A DNA stretch of 38,963 bases. Origin: an uncultured Anaerolineaceae bacterium. GTDB lineage: Bacteria > Chloroflexota > Anaerolineae > Anaerolineales > Villigracilaceae. The stretch lies in NCBI GenBank assembly GCA_964488755.1, contig CAZAWS010000001.1:1-38963 (forward strand). Reading direction: 5' to 3'. Position 1 is the stretch's first letter, and each line of letters begins with the position of its first letter. Below are positions 7,729 to 15,565 of the stretch, piece by piece. Made by a program: the position numbers and the translations under genes. Under the pieces are notes generated by a model. That model did not search any database and had not been told where the DNA came from. It saw nothing but the letters and a program-made list of their open reading frames with translations.

Positions 7729-9354
7729 CTAAGTCCTTAGCTCTACTTTTGTTACGCCTAAAGCCTCTTTAAGTTCTGCTAGGGCTATGTCTATCATGGC
7801 TTGAGGTGTATTCTCTCTACGAATTTTTGTGGTAATTTCTGTAACTTTGCGTTCACGCCCTGCTTTACGAGATTCTTTTACTAAGAGGCGGGCGTTGTCT
7901 AATGCTAACCCTGTGCGGGTGGCAATTGCTTCTACTAAGTCTAAGTTGTCACCTTTTAGACCTTCTAAGTTTTCGTTTTTACGAATGTCAAGGTAGCCTA
8001 TTATTTCATCTCGTACTTTTACAGGGAAAGTAATCATTTCTGCATTGTTTGTGGCTTTGTCTTTTGAGATGATTTCTATTTCTTCATCTATATAACGATA
8101 GTTTAGGTGATGTTGAGTAGAGGCAAGTTGCGACCAGGCTTGTTGTGTGTATTGACGGGAAATCTCTTGTGCTTCTTCAAGGGCATTTTTTGTAATTTCT
8201 ACTTGATGAGCGTTTTCTATGGCAATAGCTATTTGGTTTGCTAAGGTTTCAAAAATTTTGGCATCTTCTTTTGTAAATGCAGATTTCTTTTTGCTTTGTA
8301 CATCTAAAACACCAATGATGTCATTTCTAACTTTTAGGGCTAATGCCATTTCGGAGTGAGTTTCGGGAAGGTTGGGGTTATCAAAGTAAACGGCAGATTG
8401 CCCGACGTCTAAAGCGACGCGGGTTTGTCCATCACCGGCGGTGCGTCCTACAATGCCGACTTGCCCAATTTCAAGTTGGTGTCTGCGGGCTAACATTTTT
8501 CTGCCACCGGGGCTGTTGGTGGCTTTTAGTTGAGCAAATTTATTGTTTTTGCTGAGCAAAAAAATACCGACATGGTAAAAATCAAAATCTTCGGAAATTC
8601 TTAGGGCGATTTCAGGTAGAAGTGTATCTAAGTTTTGATTGAGTGCGATTCTTTGCGATACTTTTGCAATAGTTTCTAGGCGAGTGGCACGAAGTTTTGA
8701 TTTTTTTGAGGCTTTTTCTATGGCTTCAACGTGTTCTTCTAATTCTTTTTGTGTTTTTAGAAGTTCTTTGTTGTATAGAGCTATTTTTTCTTCACTTTTC
8801 TTTGTTGTGCCGATGGTTTTCTCGAGGTTATTAACTGTAAGAATAATGATTGCAGTGACGAGAAGAATAACTGTAGATATTGCTAGTGCCGCGGCTGTTG
8901 CGTTATCTTCTATAGGATAGATGATTCCTTGTGCTTCGGCGTAATATAAGACCCAAAGTGATGTTATGCTCATTGCCGTTAGCATCAGGGCTTTTTGTGT
9001 ACCACTTAATAAGCGAGCTAAAAAGATAAGGATAATATAAGTATATATGCCAATATCTTGAAAGCCGTTACCAATCCAAGCCAAATAGGTCATGATTGAC
9101 CAGACTATTGTTATGTAAAGAAATGAGGTTAAGGTAACTTTTCCTGAATATAATAAAAAGCGTAATCCTATAAAAATGATTAAAAGTATACCGAATATGA
9201 GTGTAACTTCTGGGGCGAAGGAGCCACTTGGGATTAAAAAAATTAATGCAATTGTGCTGATATTGAGAAGTGCATTTATATATTGAGCTGAATTTGTTTT
9301 TTCTTTATCATCAAAAATCGGGGGGGCAAGTAAGTTTTTAATTTTTATTAGCAT
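7729..9354 (-). CDS. Membrane-anchored GAF sensor paralogue P1 (short class: polytopic TM, coiled coil, GAF, conserved tail; no output domain)
   Basis: It has about 5-6 N-terminal TM helices and a coiled coil 'KELLKTQKELEEHVEAIEKASKK'. The GAF is 'FYHVGIFLLSKNNKFAQLKATNSPGGRKML...GIVGRTAG...LPETHSEMALALKVRNDIIGVLDVQS...LANQIAIAIENA'. The tail is 'FPVKVRDEIIGYLDI...LALDNARLL...RERKVTEITTKIRR...ALAELKEALGVTKVELRT'. ATGs occur at 9360 and 9354. The latter gives the paralogue-conserved N-terminus 'MLIKIKNLLAPPIF' and better AGGA spacing. Confidence 0.9.
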   Translation of the reverse strand: MLIKIKNLLAPPIFDDKEKTNSAQYINALLNISTIALIFLIPSGSFAPEVTLIFGILLIIFIGLRFLLYSGKVTLTSFLYITIVWSIMTYLAWIGNGFQDIGIYTYIILIFLARLLSGTQKALMLTAMSITSLWVLYYAEAQGIIYPIEDNATAAALAISTVILLVTAIIILTVNNLEKTIGTTKKSEEKIALYNKELLKTQKELEEHVEAIEKASKKSKLRATRLETIAKVSQRIALNQNLDTLLPEIALRISEDFDFYHVGIFLLSKNNKFAQLKATNSPGGRKMLARRHQLEIGQVGIVGRTAGDGQTRVALDVGQSAVYFDNPNLPETHSEMALALKVRNDIIGVLDVQSKKKSAFTKEDAKIFETLANQIAIAIENAHQVEITKNALEEAQEISRQYTQQAWSQLASTQHHLNYRYIDEEIEIISKDKATNNAEMITFPVKVRDEIIGYLDIRKNENLEGLKGDNLDLVEAIATRTGLALDNARLLVKESRKAGRERKVTEITTKIRRENTPQAMIDIALAELKEALGVTKVELRT

Positions 9355-9364
9355 AGCCATTTCC

Positions 9365-11017
9365 TTATTTTTCTTCAGCTAGAATTTCTGCATTTTGCGA
9401 TTCGTTTAGACGAAAAGCAATTTCTGGGCTATCTAAGATATTGGCTAATTCTTTAAGGGTGGTTTGAATAATTGTCTCCATACGCATTGATGTGCCAATT
9501 TTATTGGAGACTTCACCAATTAGTTGTTCTTTTGTTGCACGGCGTTGGCTATCATTGAGTAAGCGTGCATTTTCTAAAGCTAGTGCGGCTCTGTTGGTAA
9601 CAGATTCTATTAGTGCTTTGTTTTCTGCGTTAAGTGCAACTTCGCCTTGTTGAATTTTCAAAAGCCCTATTTCTGCACCATGCACGTTTACGGGGACTGA
9701 GAGTGTATTTTCTTCATCATCAGAAAATACGCTTGCCTGCTGAATGGGGTGTACGCTTTCGTTATAATAGCTATATCCATGCTGTGGTTGGGTGTTGGCA
9801 AGTTCGTTCCATGCTTGTTGCGTATATTGTTTGGATATTGCACGTGCTTCTTCTAGTGCGGCTTGCGTTATTTCTGCTTGGCGAGCGTTTTCTATTGCGA
9901 TAGAGACTTGGTTGCCTAAAGCTCTGAAAATTTCAAGATCGTTTTCAGAGAAAGCACCTTCTTCTTCGCTTTGCACATCTAAGACTCCGATAATTTTTGA
10001 GCCTATTTCTAAAGGAAGTGCCATTTCTGAGCGGGTGTTGGGGAGGTCGGGGTTGTTGAAGTAAGCGGCATCCTGCCCAACGTCAAGGGCGATGCGGGCG
10101 GTTCCATCGTAGGCAACACGTCCAACGATACCGCTGTGTCCCACTTCCAGTTGATGTTGACGGGCTAACATCCGTTTTCCACCTTCGCTATTTGCCGCTT
10201 TTAGTTGAGCAAATTTAGTATCTTTACTTAGGAGGAATATTCCAACGTGGTAAAAGTAAAAGTATTTGCTAATTAATGAGACAATTTTTGGCAAGAGTGT
10301 TTCCATATTTTGCACTAAGGCGATTGCTTTAGATGTTTCTGCTATAGCCAATAGTTGAATGGATTGCGTATTTAGCTCTGCTGTGCGCATATTGACACGT
10401 TCTTCTAATTCGTTTTGTAATGTTAAGAGTTCTTTATTACGTAAAAGAACTTCTTTTTCGCTTTTTTTTGTGAGAGATAAGGCATTATTTGTATTTTTTG
10501 TTGTAAGATAAATAACTACTGCTATGAGAATAAAGATGACTGATAAATCGCGAGCGAGATTGCCTATAGTGTCTAGGCTGGGGGTGATGGTGCCATTTTT
10601 CTCGGCGTAAACAAGCCCCCAGAGCATAAGGATACTAGAAATTGTAAAGAAAATAAAAATACGCGGGTTACTTAATAAGCTGGTTAAAAATATCAAAAGG
10701 ATATACACAATAAGTGAAGCATTGCGAATACCGTCACCATGCCACGCCATATAGGTCATGGCAATCCATGCTAAAGAAATTAAAAGAATAGTCGCTAGTT
10801 GCACCCTACCTGTTCGCATTAGCACTTGCATAACTATCGCGGTTAGAAATACGAAAATAAGTATGTTTCTAGAGGCAGGCTTGTCTTCAACTAAAATTAA
10901 TAAGCCAACTAAAAAAATAGTTGTATAAAGAATGGCATTAAGATATTGCGCCGCACGCATTTTCTCTTCATCTTCATAGATGGGAGGAGCAAGTATCTTT
11001 TTTATTGAATTAAGCAT
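9365..11017 (-). CDS. Membrane-anchored GAF sensor paralogue P2 (short class)
   Basis: 550 aa with a polytopic N-terminus. The GAF is 'FYHVGIFLLSKDTKFAQLKAANSEGGKRML...GIVGRVAY...LPNTRSEMALPLEIGSKIIGVLDVQS'. The tail is 'VPVNVHGAEIGLLKI...LALENARLLNDSQRRATKEQLIGEVSNKIG...TLKELANILDSPEIAFRL'. A 4-nt gap separates it from P1. Confidence 0.92.
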   Translation of the reverse strand: MLNSIKKILAPPIYEDEEKMRAAQYLNAILYTTIFLVGLLILVEDKPASRNILIFVFLTAIVMQVLMRTGRVQLATILLISLAWIAMTYMAWHGDGIRNASLIVYILLIFLTSLLSNPRIFIFFTISSILMLWGLVYAEKNGTITPSLDTIGNLARDLSVIFILIAVVIYLTTKNTNNALSLTKKSEKEVLLRNKELLTLQNELEERVNMRTAELNTQSIQLLAIAETSKAIALVQNMETLLPKIVSLISKYFYFYHVGIFLLSKDTKFAQLKAANSEGGKRMLARQHQLEVGHSGIVGRVAYDGTARIALDVGQDAAYFNNPDLPNTRSEMALPLEIGSKIIGVLDVQSEEEGAFSENDLEIFRALGNQVSIAIENARQAEITQAALEEARAISKQYTQQAWNELANTQPQHGYSYYNESVHPIQQASVFSDDEENTLSVPVNVHGAEIGLLKIQQGEVALNAENKALIESVTNRAALALENARLLNDSQRRATKEQLIGEVSNKIGTSMRMETIIQTTLKELANILDSPEIAFRLNESQNAEILAEEK

Positions 11018-11028
11018 GGCTTGTATTC

Positions 11029-13812
11029 CTATTTTTCTTCAGGAGAAAGTAGTTCAAAACTTACCTTGGGACTTCCTAGTGCTTGTCCTAATTCTTTTAC
11101 TGTGGTTTGTAAAATGGCATCTATTTGAGAAGAATTGCCTATTTTTGCTGAAATATCAGAAAGAATTGCCTCGCGTTGGGCTTTTCGCTGTGTTTCATCA
11201 AAATGCCTTGCACTGTCGAGAGCTACGCTGAGGTGCTCAGAGATTGCGGCGGTTATTTCAAGTTCTTCTGGTGTCCATGGTTTTTCATTTTCACCTTTGC
11301 GAATTTTGATACCACCTAGTATATACCCGCGGTTTTTGATGGGGATGATGGCTGTGCGTTTGTCATCTTCTAAGATTTTTCCTTCTTCTGTTATTTGTGC
11401 AAGGTTATTGTTTTTCTCCGATGCGCTAATTGGATGGGGTTTTCCTTTCTCATCAACAATAAATCTTGAAATGGTTTGGCTTTCTGTTAGTTCGCGCCAT
11501 GTTTTTTGGCTAAACTCACCGTAGGCTTTGCGCTCGGCTTTTAGTGCATCTTCTGATTTGGCGAGCAGTTCTGCGTTGTCAAGTGCTACTGCAACTTGGT
11601 CTACCATTGTTTGCAGAGGAATGATATTGCTTTTGTCAAATGCAGATTTCTCGGTGCTTTGGACTGTTAGTGCGCCAAGCACGCGTCCCCGAGACCGAAG
11701 TGGTAAGGCACTTTCAGAGTGGGTTTTTGGTAAATCGGGGTTTTTAAATTGAACAGCGTCTTCACCAATATCCAATGCTATGCGGGCTTGTTTATTTTCA
11801 ATACACCAACCGATCATTCCTTCGCCGATTTTAATTTTATGTTCTTTATCTAGCATTTTTTGCCCAGCTTTGCCGGTCGCAGCTTTGAGTACAGCTTGTT
11901 CATTTTCTTCATCAACTAGGAATAAACCCACATAATAGAAATTGAAGCGTTCCTTGATTATCTCTACAACTTCTTGGATGAGTGTATTTGTATCCAGCAT
12001 TTCGGATGCCGCTTGTGCTACCTTAGATGATGCTTCTAAATATGCGGTGCGTTGTTCTAGGGTTTGTGTGCGTTCTTCAATACGATGCTCTAGGGTGTTG
12101 ATGGTTTTGTTTAGGCGTGAGACGAGATCATTAAATGTGCGGGCTAGGGCACCGATCTCATCATCTGCTTCAATGGTTGCGCGGGCTTCTAGGTTACCTT
12201 TTGTAAATTCTTGTGCTGTGTTTTCCAACCGAATAAGGGGAGCTACCAAGATATTTGCCAAGCCAAAACTGGTAAAGACGGCTAAAATAATTAGGGCTAA
12301 AGATGAGATAACCATCCTACGAATTTGTTGTTGTACAGGGGCTAAAAAAATATCATTAGGTTGTGCAGATAGGATAAGCCAGGGGACAGTATTGAGTTGT
12401 GTTACCGCGCCAGAAACAGACTTGTCTGATTCTGTTTCATCGCTTGTGAAGTAGGGTGTCGTGACGAAATTAGTTAATCCTTCTTCTATTTTTGTGAAAT
12501 TATGCGATATTTCATTATCTTTTCGATATGCGGGAACAAGAAAGTTCTCTTTAAGGCTTTTAATTTCATCTGCGCTGGGGGAATAGATTGTTTTTCCAAT
12601 TAATTGAGGGCTTAAAGCATGGGCAAGAATAATATGGTTGCTGTCGAATAAGACTGAGAAAGAGCCTGCACCAGCAATGCTTTTTTCATTGACAATCATC
12701 TCTTGTAATGCCGAGGCACTATATTTGGCACGCAGAACGCCTAAGATACTGCCCATATCGTTATGAATGGGGGCACTGAAGAATAGGACACTTTCGTCTT
12801 CGTCTGGAAGGTATAGCACGGGTGAAATATAGCCTTTGCTAGAGTCAATTGGGCGTTGAAAATAATCTTGTTGGGATTCATCTTGACCAATTTGGGTTTT
12901 ATTTGAATCTATGATATTAATGCCGTTCACATCAAGAATTGCAAAAGAAAGAATATCGGTACTATTGCCACTTAAAGAAAAGAGAAGGTTTTGAACTTGG
13001 CTCTCTGTTGATGAATTTTTTCTTTCTTCTGGTGAGAGTAATAAATAGGAACTGATGTTTAAATATGTAGAAGTTGTTTCTACAAAGTTAAGATTGTATT
13101 TCAAAAAATTATCAATGTTTTTTGCAGAGAGTGATGCATTGGCGAGTAATTTCTCCTGTGCATTAGCGGTTATGGTATTGCGCATATTTAGACTAATAAA
13201 AGTAAAGGTAACGAGAACGATAGAGCTACTTAGGAAAAGAAAAGCGACAGCTAGTTTTGTACGTAGGGTATAAGAAGGATATTGTCTAAAAATGAGAACA
13301 AAAAAAACAAGAACGAAAAAACCTATGATATACGGTGATGCATCGTTATAAGCTACTAGGGGAGTGCGTTCAAATGGTTCTACAAGATAGAGAAATAGAA
13401 GATAGAAAACAACAGCCGCATTTCCGTACATGGCTTTTTTTGTTTCTGTAGAACTTAGGGTCATACTGGCTACACCAAAGGTAACGATACCACTTAGTAT
13501 AGCGAGCATAATATCTAAACCACTCGTTACGAGAGTTGTGATTAGCATAACCACATTGGTTGCGATAATCATTAGAATAACGGCTCTTTTGCCTTGTCCT
13601 TTACGAACAAGAAATGCAGAGAGTATGTAAATACCAGAGAGAATAGCTAATTGGACATTGGCATGGAAAAAGGTTATCGGTATTTCTGTAAGTGGTGAAA
13701 AATAATATAACGACGCAAAGGCAAGAATAATAGACATTGCTACAGCAACGAAAAAAGCATTTTTCTCTTGTTGAGGAGAAAATTGATGGGGGTGAGATGT
13801 GTTTTCTATCAT
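11029..13812 (-). CDS. Membrane-anchored GAF sensor paralogue P3 (long class: polytopic TM, double-Cache-like domain, TM, HAMP, GAF, tail)
   Basis: 927 aa. The Cache-like stretch is 'DYFQRPIDSSKGYISPVLYLPDEDESVLFFSAPIHNDMGSILGVLRAKYSASAL'. The HAMP is 'APLIRLENTAQEFTKGNLEARATIEADDEIGALARTFNDLVSRL'. The GAF is 'FYYVGLFLVDEENEQAVLKAATGKAGQKML...GMIGWCIE...LPKTHSESALPLRSRGRVLGALTVQS'. The tail is 'IPIKNRGYILGGIKI...ALDSARHFDETQRKAQREAILSDISAKIG...VKELGQALGSPKVSFEL'. Confidence 0.93.
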   Translation of the reverse strand: MIENTSHPHQFSPQQEKNAFFVAVAMSIILAFASLYYFSPLTEIPITFFHANVQLAILSGIYILSAFLVRKGQGKRAVILMIIATNVVMLITTLVTSGLDIMLAILSGIVTFGVASMTLSSTETKKAMYGNAAVVFYLLFLYLVEPFERTPLVAYNDASPYIIGFFVLVFFVLIFRQYPSYTLRTKLAVAFLFLSSSIVLVTFTFISLNMRNTITANAQEKLLANASLSAKNIDNFLKYNLNFVETTSTYLNISSYLLLSPEERKNSSTESQVQNLLFSLSGNSTDILSFAILDVNGINIIDSNKTQIGQDESQQDYFQRPIDSSKGYISPVLYLPDEDESVLFFSAPIHNDMGSILGVLRAKYSASALQEMIVNEKSIAGAGSFSVLFDSNHIILAHALSPQLIGKTIYSPSADEIKSLKENFLVPAYRKDNEISHNFTKIEEGLTNFVTTPYFTSDETESDKSVSGAVTQLNTVPWLILSAQPNDIFLAPVQQQIRRMVISSLALIILAVFTSFGLANILVAPLIRLENTAQEFTKGNLEARATIEADDEIGALARTFNDLVSRLNKTINTLEHRIEERTQTLEQRTAYLEASSKVAQAASEMLDTNTLIQEVVEIIKERFNFYYVGLFLVDEENEQAVLKAATGKAGQKMLDKEHKIKIGEGMIGWCIENKQARIALDIGEDAVQFKNPDLPKTHSESALPLRSRGRVLGALTVQSTEKSAFDKSNIIPLQTMVDQVAVALDNAELLAKSEDALKAERKAYGEFSQKTWRELTESQTISRFIVDEKGKPHPISASEKNNNLAQITEEGKILEDDKRTAIIPIKNRGYILGGIKIRKGENEKPWTPEELEITAAISEHLSVALDSARHFDETQRKAQREAILSDISAKIGNSSQIDAILQTTVKELGQALGSPKVSFELLSPEEK

Positions 13813-13906
13813 AAGTATTCTCTTATTTGGAGAAATTAGGACATTATCTTAATATCTTGGGGAAAAAACTTCCGAAGTTTAGTGCCTGAGTAGTTACCTT
13901 CTCTTT

Positions 13907-15565
13907 TTATTCTGCATCTATCCAGACTTCTGTTTCAGCATTCCCAAGAATTTTATGCAATTCGATTGCGGCAGCTTCAAGGACTTTTTCAATATCTAAG
14001 CTCTCGCGGATGCGGGCAGAGCTTTCGCTAATAATATGTTCACGTGCGCCACGCCGCCGGCTATCTTCAAAAAGTCGGGCACTTTCTAGTGAAATGCTAA
14101 GGTGTTCGGACAGTGTCTCGGCTAGGGCTATTTCTTCTGTTGTCCAGATGCCGTGCTTAGGATCTTTTTTGATTTGAATGTTACCAAGCACTTTCCCATG
14201 ACTTTTAATAGGGAGTAAAGCAGTCCCGTCTTCTTTGACTAATACACTTTCGAGGGACGTGTTTTTTTCATTTGCGATGCTGTAAGTTTCTCCATCTGTG
14301 TTGATTCCATAGGCGGGGATGGCGCCAGATTTTATTAGTTTCTTCCATGCGCTATAGCTCAACTCTCCATAGGCTAGGTGTTCAGATTCTAGAGCGGCTT
14401 CACTTTGTGCAAGCAGTTCTGCGTTATCAAAGGCGATGCCAATTTGGTCTGCCATTGTTTGTAGGGTGGTAATAATTTCTGATGAAAAGGCATTTTTTTC
14501 TTTACTTTGCACGGTAATAACGCCCAAAATACGTCCACGAGAGCGAAGAGGAATAATTGCTTCAGATTGTGTTTTGGGTAGATAGGGGTTTTGGAACTCA
14601 ACAACATCTGTTCCTACTCCTGTAGCAATGTGTGCTTTATTTTCTTTGATTGTGCTCGCTATTATGCCGTCTTCAAGGGGATATTTATGCTTTTGTCTGA
14701 GCATTATTTTTCCTGCATCACCAGATCCAGCCTTTAGCATTATCCATGTATTGTCGCTATTTATAAGAAAAAGCCCGACATAATAAAGATTAAAATTCTC
14801 TTTAACTAATTCTACAATTTCTTTTGATAGTTTGTCTGTATCGGTAAAACTTGCTGCGACTTGGCTTATTTCAGCGGCACCTTTGAGATAGGAAGACTGG
14901 GTTTCTAGTTTGCGTGTGTTTTTATCTAGTTCTTCAACTTGTTCTTCTAACTTATTGCTTAAGTTTTTAAGCCTGATATTGGTTTCCGTTGCGTCTTTGA
15001 GGCGTTCTTTTTTTGTATTTTCTTGGAAGACAGAGGCTATAATTAATCCGATGCCTAAAAATAAAAGAGAAAGTATATCTCTGATATAGTCTCCGCCAGT
15101 TGTGGGAATCAAGATGAGTGAAATGGCGATTATGTCAACCAGAATTAAGGCGATGAGACTAGAGGATGTAAATAAAATACTACCAATAATAAAGGCGAGT
15201 GGGAAATTTGCGAAAAGTGTTGATGTAACGTCAGTGACCCCTCGCATTAAAGAGCTTAGGGTGACTAGCGATATGGTGCCAACAAGAATGATGCTTCCCC
15301 AAGTATAATGACGGCTTCGGCTAGCAAGATAAGCAAATATAAATACAACTGTAGACGTAAGAATAATCAGGAGAGTTGATAAATCGCCTTGACTAGCAAA
15401 AACAGAAACAATCCCCATCAATGTCCAGATAACCGCCACAATAGAAAGAATGGCAGAAAAGCGCGCTTTGCGTTGCGCTCCAATTCTTTGAATAGAAGGA
15501 TGTGGGCGAATCAGCTTTTCAAAGAAGGTTGTTTTATCTTGCGTTATTTCTTCTGAATTAGTCAT
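13907..15565 (-). CDS. Membrane-anchored GAF sensor paralogue P4 (short class)
   Basis: 552 aa with a polytopic N-terminus and a coiled coil 'LKNLSNKLEEQVEELDKNTRKLETQSSYL'. The GAF is 'LYYVGLFLINSDNTWIMLKAGSGDAGKIML...LPKTQSEAIIPLRSRGRILGVITVQS'. The tail is 'LPIKSHGKVLGNIQI...SLESARLFEDSRRRGAREHIISESSARIRESLDIEKVLEAAAIELHKILGNAETEVWI'. The start overlaps the P5 stop by 8 nt (ATGACTAA). Confidence 0.93.
   Translation of the reverse strand: MTNSEEITQDKTTFFEKLIRPHPSIQRIGAQRKARFSAILSIVAVIWTLMGIVSVFASQGDLSTLLIILTSTVVFIFAYLASRSRHYTWGSIILVGTISLVTLSSLMRGVTDVTSTLFANFPLAFIIGSILFTSSSLIALILVDIIAISLILIPTTGGDYIRDILSLLFLGIGLIIASVFQENTKKERLKDATETNIRLKNLSNKLEEQVEELDKNTRKLETQSSYLKGAAEISQVAASFTDTDKLSKEIVELVKENFNLYYVGLFLINSDNTWIMLKAGSGDAGKIMLRQKHKYPLEDGIIASTIKENKAHIATGVGTDVVEFQNPYLPKTQSEAIIPLRSRGRILGVITVQSKEKNAFSSEIITTLQTMADQIGIAFDNAELLAQSEAALESEHLAYGELSYSAWKKLIKSGAIPAYGINTDGETYSIANEKNTSLESVLVKEDGTALLPIKSHGKVLGNIQIKKDPKHGIWTTEEIALAETLSEHLSISLESARLFEDSRRRGAREHIISESSARIRESLDIEKVLEAAAIELHKILGNAETEVWIDAE

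Noticed and set aside
11942-12454. Long plus-strand ORFs lie antisense to the sensor, kinase and ABC genes. Examples are 11942-12454 (170 aa), 1814-2179, 4141-4488, 6193-6540, 11135-11524, 20917-21294, 23186-23527 and 24093-24473.
   Set aside because: Each sits entirely inside a much longer minus-strand gene with clear domain content. Their translations are Ser/Arg/Cys-rich and low in complexity, have no recognisable motifs, and lack convincing RBS or start contexts. They are typical shadow ORFs.
13863-13880. A small hairpin (aaacttc/gaagttt) followed by a short U-tract lies in the 94-nt gap between P4 and P3. It could be an internal terminator.
   Set aside because: The stem is only ~6 AU-rich base pairs with a 1-3-nt loop. 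That is too weak to call a terminator, and at most it could be a pause or partial attenuator.
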